Source: Clostridia bacterium (lineage in GTDB: Bacteria; Bacillota; Clostridia; TANB77; CAG-465). Taken from it: a stretch of DNA of 64,000 nt. Below are positions 48,474-58,796 of this stretch, piece by piece. The notes under the pieces were generated by a model. The model did no database searches and was not told the origin of the DNA. It worked only from the letters and a program-made list of their open reading frames with translations. The stretch's first letter is position 1; the number at the start of each line of letters is the position of its first letter. Where the stretch lies: the NCBI GenBank assembly GCA_045537895.1, contig JAZSQI010000012.1, forward strand, positions 53,535 to 117,534. The letters are read 5' to 3'. The position numbers and the translations under genes were made by a program.

Positions 48474-48509
48474 AAGCATGTTAAAATTTATAATTTTAAG
48501 GGGGATTTT

Positions 48510-49799
48510 ATGGATAAAATTATTGTTGACGGACCATGTAGATTAAACGGTGAAGTAACAATTAGTGGTGCTAAAAATGCAGCTGTTGCAATTTTGCCTG
48601 CTACTTTACTTGTAAATGGTAAATGTCACCTTGAAAATGTTCCTGATATTAGTGATATTAGAGCGATTATAAAAATATTAAAGTCTTTAGGTTCTAAAGT
48701 TGAATATATAACAAAAAATGAACTAATTATAGATAATTCAAATATAACTACAGTTGAAGCTCCTTATGATTTAACATGCAAATTTAGAGCTTCATATTAT
48801 CTTTTAGGTGCTTTGATAAGCCGTTTCGGGAAAGCTCAAATTAGTCTTCCTGGAGGATGCAACTTAGGTGCAAGACCAATAGATCAACATATTAAAGCAT
48901 TTGAAAAATTAGGCGCTACTGTTGAAGTAAAAAGAGGAAATGTTTATGCTGATACAAAAGATAAATTATCAGCTAGCAGTATATTCTTTGATGTTGTTAG
49001 TGTTGGTGCTACTATAAATGCAATCTTAGCTGCCACTCTTGTTCCTGGAACAACAACAATTGAAAACTGTGCAAAAGAGCCTCATGTTGTTGACGTTGCA
49101 AACTTTCTAAATTCAATGGGAGCTAACATAAAGGGTGCTGGAACTGATGTTATTAAAATAACTGGTGTCCAGTCTTTAAAACAAACTTCTAGCTACGCTG
49201 TTATTCCCGACCAAATAGAAGCTGGAACTTTTATGGTTGCTGCTGCTATAACTAAAGGTAATGTTTTGATTAAAAACTGTATACCAAAGCATATGGAACC
49301 AATAACTGCAAAACTACAAGAAGCTGGAGCTGAAGTAATTGAATTTGAAGATACAATTAGAGTATCTATGAAAGACACTCCTAGACCTATAAATGTAAAA
49401 ACAATGCCATACCCTGGTTTTCCTACTGATATGCAACCTCAAATATGTACTTTGATTGCTATTTCTAAAGGTACAGGCATGATAATTGAAAGTATTTGGG
49501 AATCAAGATTTCAATATACAGATGAATTAATAAAAATGGGAGCCGATATTACTGCTCATGGCAGAACTGCAATGGTAAAAGGCGTTTCTACACTTGAAGG
49601 ATGTCCTGTTGCAGCTCACGATTTAAGAGCAGGTGCTGCTATGATTTTAGCAGGTCTTGTAGCCCACGGTAGAACTGAAATCTATGATATTCATCATATT
49701 GAAAGAGGTTACGAAGACATTGTAGAAAAATTCAAAAATTTAGGTGCAAATATTATGTTCCAAAGAGATAAAGAACAAGGGTGTGATTGTCATGCTTAA
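48510..49799 (+). CDS. murA: UDP-N-acetylglucosamine 1-carboxyvinyltransferase
   Basis: 429 aa with an active-site Cys loop (LPGGCNLGARPID) and EPT family pattern. Confidence 0.95.
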   Translation: MDKIIVDGPCRLNGEVTISGAKNAAVAILPATLLVNGKCHLENVPDISDIRAIIKILKSLGSKVEYITKNELIIDNSNITTVEAPYDLTCKFRASYYLLGALISRFGKAQISLPGGCNLGARPIDQHIKAFEKLGATVEVKRGNVYADTKDKLSASSIFFDVVSVGATINAILAATLVPGTTTIENCAKEPHVVDVANFLNSMGANIKGAGTDVIKITGVQSLKQTSSYAVIPDQIEAGTFMVAAAITKGNVLIKNCIPKHMEPITAKLQEAGAEVIEFEDTIRVSMKDTPRPINVKTMPYPGFPTDMQPQICTLIAISKGTGMIIESIWESRFQYTDELIKMGADITAHGRTAMVKGVSTLEGCPVAAHDLRAGAAMILAGLVAHGRTEIYDIHHIERGYEDIVEKFKNLGANIMFQRDKEQGCDCHA

Positions 49800-50589
49800 T
49801 CTTTACCCACTATATAGTAGTAGCTCTGGAAATATGTACCTAATTGAAAGTAAAGAAGCAAATATATTAATTGATATAGGTGTTACATATAAAAAAGTAA
49901 ATGAGGCTCTTAAGTTCTTTTCGAAAGAGCCTTCTAATATTGATGCCATCTTTATAACTCATGAACATAGCGACCATATTAAAGGCTTAAATATATTTAT
50001 TAAAAATAATCCTGACATACCTGTCTATACTTCAGTTGGAACATCAGAATATATTATTAATTCACTAAAAAAATGTAATATATCTTATGATAATATATTT
50101 CCTATATCAGATATAAAGGAAATTAAAATTAAAGATTTAACAATTAATTATTTTAGTACCTCACATGATGCAATTGACCCCGTAGGCTATAAAATTAAAA
50201 GTGGTGACAAATCTATAACTATAGCAACCGATTTAGGAATTATGACCAATGAAGTGTTTACTCATTTAAAAAACACTTCTCTTCCTGTAATAGAGACAAA
50301 TTATGATAAAGAAATGTTACTAGCAGGTAAATACCCTTTCGATGTTAAAAGAAGGATTGCAGGTCCATTCGGACATTTATCTAATGAAGACTCTAGCCAA
50401 GTTATCTTAAAACTTGCAAAAAACGGAACTAGAGATTTTTTACTTAGCCATATGAGTGAAAACAATAATATGCCTGAACTTGCAAAAGAAACTATTACAT
50501 CTACTCTTTCACTTGCAGGATTTAACTTAGAAGATTTTAATATAAACATTGCAACTAAAAACTTTTCAAGCGAGGTATATGAATTATGA
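49792..50589 (+). CDS. MBL-fold metallo-hydrolase (YycJ/WalJ-like)
   Basis: HEHSDH zinc-binding motif. ATG at 49792 overlaps the murA stop. Confidence 0.75.
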   Translation: MLNLYPLYSSSSGNMYLIESKEANILIDIGVTYKKVNEALKFFSKEPSNIDAIFITHEHSDHIKGLNIFIKNNPDIPVYTSVGTSEYIINSLKKCNISYDNIFPISDIKEIKIKDLTINYFSTSHDAIDPVGYKIKSGDKSITIATDLGIMTNEVFTHLKNTSLPVIETNYDKEMLLAGKYPFDVKRRIAGPFGHLSNEDSSQVILKLAKNGTRDFLLSHMSENNNMPELAKETITSTLSLAGFNLEDFNINIATKNFSSEVYEL

Positions 50590-51074
50590 TTAATATAAAA
50601 ATTATTTGTTTAGGAAAAATTAAGGAAAAATATTTAGATGATGCTATTAAAGAATATACAAAAAGATTATCTAAATATTGTAGATTAGAAATTATAGAAT
50701 TACCAGATGAAAAGCTTCCAACCTCTAACTCACAAGCATTAAATAATGAAGTTAAAGAAAAGGAAGCTAAACTTATATTAAATAAATTAGAAAAAATGAA
50801 ATCAGATTATATAATTTGTTTAGATGAAACTGGAAAACAGTTATCTTCTAAAGAACTATCTGAAAAGATAAGATATATATCTACAAATATTTCAGGCTCT
50901 ATTACATTTATAATTGGTGGTAGCTTAGGTTTATCAGAGACAATAAAAAGCAAAGCAAACTACATATTATCTTTTTCTAAACTTACTTTTCCCCATCAAT
51001 TATTTAGAGTTTTTGTATTAGAGCAACTTTTTAGATGTTTTAAAATATTAAATAACGAACAATATCATCACTAA
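50586..51074 (+). CDS. rlmH: 23S rRNA (pseudouridine1915-N3)-methyltransferase RlmH
   Basis: 162 aa SPOUT protein with N-terminus MINIKIICLGKIKEKYL and YCRLEIIELPDEK. Confidence 0.85.
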   Translation: MINIKIICLGKIKEKYLDDAIKEYTKRLSKYCRLEIIELPDEKLPTSNSQALNNEVKEKEAKLILNKLEKMKSDYIICLDETGKQLSSKELSEKIRYISTNISGSITFIIGGSLGLSETIKSKANYILSFSKLTFPHQLFRVFVLEQLFRCFKILNNEQYHH

Positions 51075-51184
51075 TTTCCAATATTTCCCTATTTTGTCGA
51101 ACGCTTTTTATAAAAGTAGTGAAATATACGTTGTATTTTGTCAATTTTTGTGATATATTGTTTGAACAGGAGGATAGAGAAAAT

Positions 51185-51433
51185 ATGGGAACAGCTGGAA
51201 TAGTTAGAAAATTAGATGAACTTGGAAGAATAGTACTTCCTATGGAACTTAGAAAAACTTTAGATTTAAAAGTAAGAGATTCCATAGAAATTTCTGTAGA
51301 AAAAGGAGCTATCGTATTAAAAAAATACTCTCCTGCTTGCGTGTTTTGCAATAAGGAAACAAAGGTAGCAGATTTTAAAGGAAAAAATGTTTGTTCTAAA
51401 TGTTTACAAGAAATAAAAATGCAGTTAGATTAG
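51185..51433 (+). CDS. abrB: AbrB-family transition-state regulator (SpoVT/AbrB swapped-hairpin N-domain) with C-terminal CxxC...CxxC
   Basis: MGTAGIVRKLDELGRIVLPMELRKTLDL..DSIEISVEKGAIVLKKY is near-identical in pattern to the AbrB N-domain. The C-terminal half carries CVFC...CSKC. ATG at 51185 with a GGAGG RBS. Confidence 0.8.
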   Translation: MGTAGIVRKLDELGRIVLPMELRKTLDLKVRDSIEISVEKGAIVLKKYSPACVFCNKETKVADFKGKNVCSKCLQEIKMQLD

Positions 51434-51455
51434 TAATATAAATATAGCAACAATA

Positions 51456-51490
51456 AATGAGTTAGATGTATTTCTAACTCATTTTCTTTT
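51456..51490. terminator. Bidirectional terminator between abrB and smpB
   Basis: aatgagttag/taactcatt stem followed by ttctttttac. Confidence 0.65.
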
Positions 51491-51492
51491 TA

Positions 51493-51939
51493 CTATATTC
51501 TTTGTTTTGTTAATTTATCAATTCTTCTTTTTACTTCTTTTTCTTTAATAGATTCTCTTTTATCATATAATTTTTTACCCCTGCAAAGCGCAAGTTCAAT
51601 TTTAGCATGTTCACCTTTAAAATATATCTTCGTTGGTATTAATGTATAGCTATTTTGTTTTATTTCAAGTAATAATTTTAATATTTCAGATTTATGTAAC
51701 AATAATTTTCTGTCCCTTGTTTCCTTTACGTTGTTTATATTACCATGAGAATATGGTGCTATATACATATTTTTTAATATAACTTCATTATTTCTAATTA
51801 ATGCGAAACTATCTTTTAAATTACATTTTGAATCTCTTAGTGATTTAACTTCTGTCCCTTTTAATTCTATTCCACATTCTATTTTTTGTTTTATTTCATA
51901 TTTGTAAGCTGCTTCTTTATTTGTTGCAATTATTTTCAT
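51493..51939 (-). CDS. smpB: SsrA-binding protein SmpB
   Basis: 148 aa collinear with SmpB (…KNKEA.YKYEI……GIEL.GTEVKSLR…). Confidence 0.9.
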   Translation of the reverse strand: MKIIATNKEAAYKYEIKQKIECGIELKGTEVKSLRDSKCNLKDSFALIRNNEVILKNMYIAPYSHGNINNVKETRDRKLLLHKSEILKLLLEIKQNSYTLIPTKIYFKGEHAKIELALCRGKKLYDKRESIKEKEVKRRIDKLTKQRI

Positions 51940-51957
51940 TACATTTCTCCTTCTATT

Positions 51958-53391
51958 TTATAAATACTTACTTGCTAGTTTATAATTATCGAAAACTGAC
52001 TTTTCCCAACTATTACTATCACTGTTTTTTCCATTTAGATTAAATCTTGCACCTAATTTATATGCATCATAAATAGTTTTATACACTTCTTCATCTCCAT
52101 TTTTTAGTAATATTTTAGGGAAATACACTGATATATCTTCAACATCCATTTTTATTACAGGATCATATTGTTTTTCTTTAATATATCTTAATTTTGTTTC
52201 TAGCTTATTTATACTGTTAATACTATATTTCTTTTGTTCATTTTGATTAGGAATATAGTAATTTAAATTTACCTTCATGCTGAATTTGTCTTTTGCTTTA
52301 TTTTGAGAATATATAGTTAGAATTTCATCTAATAATTCAAAAATGTTATCTATATCTTCGTAAGTTTCTTCTGGCAAACCAATATTAAAGTTTAATCTAA
52401 TACTGTTTCTGTTATTTCTAAAAACTTTATTGATTTTTTGAATTAATTCAGCTTTATCTGTACCAAATCCGATTTTAGACCTTAATTTATCACTTGTGGT
52501 TATAACATTAAATTGAACTGATGATTGTTCTAAGCAAGGTAAAATAATATCAAATACTTCAGCTGAAAATTTATTAAAATCTATATTTTTAGAAATAATT
52601 CTAACTTCCTCAATATTGCTCTTTATCATATAAATAATTTCACAAAACTTATATTCATCAATTTTATCGATATTTCTAAATGAAACTTTTTTTACTCCTC
52701 TACTCTTTATACTTTTTTCAACATAATTTATTATTTCATCTGCATCATTCATATACATAAAATCTACTATAATAGAAGAGTTGTTAATATTAATAGATGG
52801 AACTACCCCATCAAACTTATGTTTTATATTAATATCTGTATTATCACCAATTTTATTTTTTATGTATTTTATAACATTGGTAATATTCTCTTTTTCCAAG
52901 CTCTCATTAAAAATATTATCTGCGCATCCACCAATTGGTTTTATATTTACATTATTCAGTGGTAAGAAAAGTATTTCTGGCGAGGTTTTATCTCTTTTTT
53001 CTCTATCTAGTATAATATTTCCTAACTCTAAAATATTTAGAATATTAGTAAAATCTAGTTCATTATCTATAACAAAAAGTAGTATATCATTTTGCTTTAT
53101 ACTCTTAAAATCTTCTAACGAATATATGTTAATGTCATTGTCTTTTAAATATTTTTCAAAATCAATATCAGGTGCAAAGCATCTCTTACACCATACATCC
53201 TCTATTTCATTAATGTTATTATACAGTAGGTTAACTATATAATTTGACATTGCTTTTTCATAAAGATTAGGATAGCATAAAACCACACTACTTTTTACAT
53301 TGCTATTTTTAGTTACTACATTTACTTCTCCTCCAACATATCTTGCTGGTTTGTTTATATTTTTTAGTTTTTTGCTATCTAAATCTATCAT
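51958..53391 (-). CDS. TIGR03960-like (B12-binding-like plus radical-SAM-family) protein lacking the CxxxCxxC cluster motif; likely degenerate or non-catalytic
   Basis: N-terminus …KPARYVGGE.N…VVLCYPNLYEKAMSNYIVNLLYN…DILLFVIDNELDFTNILNILELGNI matches the family's N-terminal domain, but no Cys triad is present. The start was moved to the ATG at 53391 (AAAGGAAA RBS) to remove the 68 nt overlap of the table's 53478 start. Confidence 0.45.
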   Translation of the reverse strand: MIDLDSKKLKNINKPARYVGGEVNVVTKNSNVKSSVVLCYPNLYEKAMSNYIVNLLYNNINEIEDVWCKRCFAPDIDFEKYLKDNDINIYSLEDFKSIKQNDILLFVIDNELDFTNILNILELGNIILDREKRDKTSPEILFLPLNNVNIKPIGGCADNIFNESLEKENITNVIKYIKNKIGDNTDINIKHKFDGVVPSININNSSIIVDFMYMNDADEIINYVEKSIKSRGVKKVSFRNIDKIDEYKFCEIIYMIKSNIEEVRIISKNIDFNKFSAEVFDIILPCLEQSSVQFNVITTSDKLRSKIGFGTDKAELIQKINKVFRNNRNSIRLNFNIGLPEETYEDIDNIFELLDEILTIYSQNKAKDKFSMKVNLNYYIPNQNEQKKYSINSINKLETKLRYIKEKQYDPVIKMDVEDISVYFPKILLKNGDEEVYKTIYDAYKLGARFNLNGKNSDSNSWEKSVFDNYKLASKYL

Positions 53392-53410
53392 GTCATTTCC
53401 TTTCTTTAAA

Positions 53411-54328
53411 TTAAAAATATCTTGTCCAATAAATAGATGTTCCATATTCAACGCTATAGAAACATTCTTGTAAAACATCGGTAATAAGCTGCATTTTTCC
53501 CTTTATGGCTCCTATACTATCTGTATAATACAATGGTTTTTTATCTGATATCATAGTATCAGCAAATACCTCTGCCCTATCTTCTTTATCAGATACTTTG
53601 GAATATGGGGTCACAAAATATACTCCACTACTTTCATCTAAATTATATACATACTTTGTATCAAGCAAAGTTATATCATCATTATATATAAATCCTTCTG
53701 GATTATACATATTCCAATCTTTGTATAACTTGTTTATATCATATTCTAATTTCATATAATATTCTAAAATATGATATGTTTCGTGATGTACTGAACGTTT
53801 AACTTTTTCTATTTTATCACTATTACTTAAATATATTTTAAAATTATTATTAGAATCTCTTGTAGCCAAAGCTAAATTATCATTATGAAAGGTATCTACC
53901 AAACAAATTTCAATTGTATAATCTTTAAGCTCAATTTCTTTAAATATATTATTTGGGTACTTTTCTAAACATTCAATTAACTCTAAAAGTAGCTTGTTAA
54001 TATTTTGAGAATCATATAATGATGTTGCATCTACAGATTTAGCCAAACTTTCTGTACCCTCTCCATATATAACATCAAGATTATATACTCTCTTTATTTC
54101 GCTTGCAAGCTCAATGTTTATATCTGTTTTATCCTGAACATTATTTGAACTTTCTAAAATTAATGGGTTAATTGCTGACAATGTCCCATAATCTATATGT
54201 AAGTTTTGACTACCTCTATTATTTATAGTTAGCATAGATGCTATTAGAAGAGTTGACATTATAATTATAAATAATGCAAATGTATAGCCCAAAGAATAAT
54301 GTTTGCTTTTTATATTTTTCTTATACAT
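53411..54328 (-). CDS. Membrane-anchored protein with HExxH motif (HHETYH), putative extracytoplasmic zinc metallopeptidase-like
   Basis: N-terminal TM (FALFIIIMSTLLIASML) followed by a roughly 270 aa external domain containing H-E-x-x-H. Confidence 0.4.
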   Translation of the reverse strand: MYKKNIKSKHYSLGYTFALFIIIMSTLLIASMLTINNRGSQNLHIDYGTLSAINPLILESSNNVQDKTDINIELASEIKRVYNLDVIYGEGTESLAKSVDATSLYDSQNINKLLLELIECLEKYPNNIFKEIELKDYTIEICLVDTFHNDNLALATRDSNNNFKIYLSNSDKIEKVKRSVHHETYHILEYYMKLEYDINKLYKDWNMYNPEGFIYNDDITLLDTKYVYNLDESSGVYFVTPYSKVSDKEDRAEVFADTMISDKKPLYYTDSIGAIKGKMQLITDVLQECFYSVEYGTSIYWTRYF

Positions 54329-54329
54329 A

Positions 54330-55343
54330 CTATATGCCCTCCCTGCTGCTTAATGATTCTTGCTTCATACCGTTTAAAATATATTCAGCATTTATATCAT
54401 CTTTTTTTAAGTTATTCTTGGTTATGCTTACATTCTTATTATCTATAGAAATGTCTATTCTTTCAACCATTTCGTACTTAGACCAATTTTTCAAATAATC
54501 TATAAAAAATACAACATCATTTACTTGTGATAACTCCACATTATATATATTCATTTTTATAACATCAGGTATAGTTGCTATCTTAGAATAATCATATATA
54601 CAATTAACATCTAAACTAGTTAAATTTTTCTCTTTTAACATTATGTTTATTTCAGCATTTGCTATTTTATTTAACATTTCTTTTCTTTTATTCATATTAA
54701 CGTCTGATACTTTTTCATCAGTTGTATAATTAATCTGCACGTCTACTCCATCTACAACTGTATTAAATTCGTATATACCACCTTTATATGATGGACAATA
54801 TTTTATGTCATTAATGTAATAATTTGTAAACACATAATGTTCATTAATATATCTTTCAACATTATCTTTTGCAATTATGTAAGTTATAAAATTACTATTT
54901 ACTACATTATTTAAAATAACTGGCACAAGTATAGTAAGTAGAAGAATAAATGCATATATAAATTTATGATAGTATTTTATAAATTTCCTAAGCCTAAAAT
55001 TTTCATAAAATATATTTAATATATGCCCTGTTATCTCTCCACAAATAATCATAAAAGTTGAATATACTGCAAATAGCAATATACTACTGTTTATTTGATG
55101 TTCTACTAAAATGCCAAACACAATTGTACTTATACATGAAAGTACAACCGTTACAATAGGCTTGTTAAAAGCTATAACACCAAAGATACCTAAAAAATAT
55201 ATCATTGGTACCATGCGAATAAACATATTGCCACATATAGTAAAATATGATGCTACAATAATAAGTAAAACATATATCATGGCCTCTGTCATAATAATGA
55301 TTTTTTCCTTTTTAGGAATAAACATATCAGTCACTATATCCAC
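54330..55343 (-). CDS. Hypothetical membrane protein (N-terminal polytopic half, C-terminal soluble domain)
   Basis: 337 aa. Separated by 1 nt from the downstream gene, suggesting an operon. Confidence 0.45.
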   Translation of the reverse strand: MDIVTDMFIPKKEKIIIMTEAMIYVLLIIVASYFTICGNMFIRMVPMIYFLGIFGVIAFNKPIVTVVLSCISTIVFGILVEHQINSSILLFAVYSTFMIICGEITGHILNIFYENFRLRKFIKYYHKFIYAFILLLTILVPVILNNVVNSNFITYIIAKDNVERYINEHYVFTNYYINDIKYCPSYKGGIYEFNTVVDGVDVQINYTTDEKVSDVNMNKRKEMLNKIANAEINIMLKEKNLTSLDVNCIYDYSKIATIPDVIKMNIYNVELSQVNDVVFFIDYLKNWSKYEMVERIDISIDNKNVSITKNNLKKDDINAEYILNGMKQESLSSREGI

Positions 55344-55423
55344 CTCATGCTAGTATTATATCGTAATTAAACATGCAATGTCAATTGTTTTATCTATTAT
55401 AATTACATGCCTTCCTCTATTTC

Positions 55424-56578
55424 CTATATCAAATTAACTTTAAGCTTAAACATATCTTTTATTCCTAATCTCACATAATCAAACACCGTCTTTTTATAAA
55501 TATTTTTGTCCAAATAAATGCTTTCTTCATATATTTTTTCATTATCCACATACATCTCTATGCTGCCTAAATTATACCCCTTATACATAGGAGCATTAAT
55601 TACAGGAAGTATAGTTTGCTTTATATATATTTTTTCATATTCCTCATCTGTAAGTGCGACCTTCATTTCTCTAGTTATATACTTTTCATAGTAATCCTCT
55701 TTTCCTTTATTAACTGGTATATAAATATACCAATTCATGTTTTTTGATATATCTCTCATTTTGTAACTATCAAGTGAAAATTCTAATAATGTTTTCGCAT
55801 CATTAAAGCGTATATCTGTTGTTTCTGCGCCTAAGACTACAGCTATTACCCTTAAATCGTCTTTAGTAGCTGATGCTATGAGACAACGGTTAGCACCATT
55901 TGTAAAACCAGTTTTTACACCATCAGCTAGGCTGTAAGTTCTTAGAAGTCTGTTTGTATTAGAAAAGGTTTTAACTACCTTCCCAAACTGAACAGTAATG
56001 CTATTTGTTCCTACTATTTCGTTTATTATTTTGTTATTTAGTGCATACTTTGTAATTAATGCCATATCATATGCTGTGCTGTAATGTCCTTCAACATCTA
56101 AGCCATGAGGATTTTTAAAACTCGAATCCTTTGCGCCTATCTCTTTTGCTTTTTCTGTCATCATAACTCCAAAATTCTCTATATTTCCTCCTACGTATTC
56201 TGCAAGAGCATATGCACAATCGTTACCAGACTCCATAAGCATTCCATACATAAGAGCTCTTACCGTAATTTCATCACCTTTTTTTACACCAATAGTAGAC
56301 CCTCCTATACTTCCTGCTCCTGTTTTTACAGTAACCACCTCATCTAATTTAACATTTTCTACCGTTACAATCGCAGTCATTACCTTAGTTAAACTTGCTA
56401 TTTTTCTCTTAGAATAACCATCTTTTTCATATAGCACCCTCCCACTTAAACTATCTATAACTATAGCAGATGGCGAGGATATTTTTACATCATCTATGTT
56501 ATTTGAATTTGCATACACATTACTAAAAAAACAGACAAATACAAAAATGAGCCACCTAATTTTTATTATTTTTTTCAT
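55424..56578 (-). CDS. D-alanyl-D-alanine carboxypeptidase (S11 family, DacF/DacB-like)
   Basis: Signal peptide, SxxK (ASLTKVMT), SGN and KTG motifs. ATG at 56578 with a GAGGTG RBS; the table's 56587 start is a GTG. Confidence 0.85.
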   Translation of the reverse strand: MKKIIKIRWLIFVFVCFFSNVYANSNNIDDVKISSPSAIVIDSLSGRVLYEKDGYSKRKIASLTKVMTAIVTVENVKLDEVVTVKTGAGSIGGSTIGVKKGDEITVRALMYGMLMESGNDCAYALAEYVGGNIENFGVMMTEKAKEIGAKDSSFKNPHGLDVEGHYSTAYDMALITKYALNNKIINEIVGTNSITVQFGKVVKTFSNTNRLLRTYSLADGVKTGFTNGANRCLIASATKDDLRVIAVVLGAETTDIRFNDAKTLLEFSLDSYKMRDISKNMNWYIYIPVNKGKEDYYEKYITREMKVALTDEEYEKIYIKQTILPVINAPMYKGYNLGSIEMYVDNEKIYEESIYLDKNIYKKTVFDYVRLGIKDMFKLKVNLI

Positions 56579-56814
56579 AATTAGCACCTCACACTATTTT
56601 ATGCAAAAAAACAAGATGGCATTACACCATCTTGAATATATACATATTTAATTCTACTGTGCAGACAATTTATATGCTGTATCTATGCTCCTTCCATCGC
56701 CACTTATAACTTTAACTGTATCTAGAAAAGTGAATACTGGACGTAAACCATATGTTTCAACATTAAATGCTTACAAGAATATTCGCCTAACAATATTGTA
56801 ATAATATTGTTACA

Positions 56815-57555
56815 CTAATCATTAATCTCATAATTTACTATTGATAATAGATTTATACTTGCTGTTTCAGCTCTTAATATATTTTTACCAAGACTTATTT
56901 CATATGTATTTGGTATTTCCTTAAGTATTTGCAAGTCGCTATCAGCAAAACCACCTTCAGGACCAATTATTATTCCTACATTAATATCTGATGATGCCAA
57001 TTCTAATTTTTTTAATACTTCTTTTAGCCTATTCTGGCTATTTTCATAGGCTAATATATTAATAGTATTCTGGCTTAATGCTTGTTTAAATTTATCATCA
57101 TGTATGTTTAATATATCATTAACTTTTACTATATCACTTCTGCCACATTGTTTTGAAGCTTCAAACGATATTTTATTTAATCTATCTAATTTCTTTAGCT
57201 TGTCCTTATCATCTAATTTAACAACACAGTTTTTCGATAAAAACGGAAATATATTGCTTGCCCCTATCTCTACTGCCTTTTGGACAACAAATTCCATTTT
57301 ATCAGATTTAAGATAAGCCTGATAAAGGTTTATTTTAACATTATTTTTGTTATTTTCATCCTCAATATCTTCTATTATACCAACTAATTTTTCTTTGTCT
57401 AAATTAGTTATTTTTACCACATAATTATTTATTAATATACTGTCGCCTATCTTATGGCGCAAAACATTAATGTGATGGACTTCATTTCCTATCACACTAA
57501 TGTTTTCTCCAGATATATTTATTTCATTATCATTTACAAAAAATCTTTTTGCCAT
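56815..57555 (-). CDS. rsmE: 16S rRNA (uracil1498-N3)-methyltransferase RsmE
   Basis: N-terminus M.KRFFV..., and a C-terminal SPOUT domain with GPEGGF and the ILRAETA motif. Start chosen at the ATG that overlaps the dnaJ stop. Confidence 0.8.
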   Translation of the reverse strand: MAKRFFVNDNEINISGENISVIGNEVHHINVLRHKIGDSILINNYVVKITNLDKEKLVGIIEDIEDENNKNNVKINLYQAYLKSDKMEFVVQKAVEIGASNIFPFLSKNCVVKLDDKDKLKKLDRLNKISFEASKQCGRSDIVKVNDILNIHDDKFKQALSQNTINILAYENSQNRLKEVLKKLELASSDINVGIIIGPEGGFADSDLQILKEIPNTYEISLGKNILRAETASINLLSIVNYEIND

Positions 57556-58712
57556 TATTTCTTTTCCCAAAAGCCTTTCTTTTTATTATTTACTTCTTCA
57601 CCTAACGTATCTGCAAATCCTTTTAAAGCTTCTCTTTGTTTATCATTTAGTTTTTTAGGCACTTCAATATTTACTTTAAATTCTAAATCTCCTCTTGCTT
57701 GTGACCTAATACTTGGCACCCCTTTATTTTTTATTGTAAAAGTAGCACCTGGTTGTGTACCCTCAGGTATACTAAATTCATAATTACCTTCCAAAGTTGG
57801 TACATCAATTTTGCCACCTAATGCAGCTTTAACAAAAGGAATATTTACATTTAAGAATATATCATTTCCTTTTCTTGTAAATATTTTATGAGGCATTACA
57901 GTTACAACAACAAATAAATCTCCTGCAGGTCCACCTTTTCTTCCAGCATCTCCTTCACCAGAAAGCGATATTGCTTGACCATTATCTATACCTTTTGGTA
58001 TATTAATTTCGATCTTTCTTGTCTTTCTAACTGTTCCTGTTCCTGAACATGCATCACAAGGATTTGGATTATATTTTCCTTCTCCTTGACACCTGTCACA
58101 AGTTTTAACTGTTGCAAAAGAGCCCATTATGGTATTTTGAGTAACTTGAATTCTTCCTGAGCCATGACAATCTGGACAAGTAACTTCAGCTGTTCCTTTT
58201 TTACCACCTGAGCCATGACAATCTGGACAATTTTCATTTCTAGTTATATTTATTTCTTTTTGACATCCAAAAACAGCTTCTTCAAAAGTAAGCTTCATAT
58301 TGTATCTTAAATCAGCACCTTTTGTTGGTCCTTTTTTCTTACGTGATGAACCTCCAAATCCACCAAACGAACCACCGAAAACACTTCCCAAAATATCATC
58401 TAAATCAATATCAAAGCCCATGCCACCAGATGAAAAGCCTGAAAAATCAAAACCACCAGCACCAGCGCCTCCAAATCCTGCATTTTCAAACCCATGACCA
58501 AATCTATCATATTGAGCTTTTTTGCTTTCATCAGATAAAACACTATATGCTTCACTTGCTTCTTTAAATTTTTCCTCTGCTGCTTTTTTGTCATCACCTG
58601 TATAAGCGTCTGGATGGAATTCTTTTGCTTTTCTTCTATATGCTTTTTTTATCTCTTCTGGAGTAGCATTTTTAGATACTCCTAATACCTCATAGTAATC
58701 TCTTTTACTCAT
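57555..58712 (-). CDS. dnaJ: Molecular chaperone DnaJ
   Basis: J-domain with HPD, a G/F-rich region and four CxxCxGxG zinc-finger repeats. Confidence 0.95.
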   Translation of the reverse strand: MSKRDYYEVLGVSKNATPEEIKKAYRRKAKEFHPDAYTGDDKKAAEEKFKEASEAYSVLSDESKKAQYDRFGHGFENAGFGGAGAGGFDFSGFSSGGMGFDIDLDDILGSVFGGSFGGFGGSSRKKKGPTKGADLRYNMKLTFEEAVFGCQKEINITRNENCPDCHGSGGKKGTAEVTCPDCHGSGRIQVTQNTIMGSFATVKTCDRCQGEGKYNPNPCDACSGTGTVRKTRKIEINIPKGIDNGQAISLSGEGDAGRKGGPAGDLFVVVTVMPHKIFTRKGNDIFLNVNIPFVKAALGGKIDVPTLEGNYEFSIPEGTQPGATFTIKNKGVPSIRSQARGDLEFKVNIEVPKKLNDKQREALKGFADTLGEEVNNKKKGFWEKK

Positions 58713-58796
58713 ATAAATTCCTTTCTAGTAATTAGGTGGGAAATATATAATTACTACCCACCCAAAACTATTTTTTTACTATATTTTATTACGATA

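Noticed and set aside
51434-51492. Looked for ssrA (tmRNA) adjacent to smpB
   Set aside because: Only about 60 nt of intergenic space on either side of smpB, so no room for a tmRNA gene. ssrA must be elsewhere.
56640-56760. Short open frame on the minus strand between rsmE and the dacF-like gene (…FNVETYGLRPVFTFLDTVKVISGDGRSIDTAYKLSAQ*)
   Set aside because: No start codon or RBS, and only about 37 codons. It is possibly a decayed remnant of the methylthiotransferase gene that follows rsmE in other Firmicutes, but it is too short and divergent to call.
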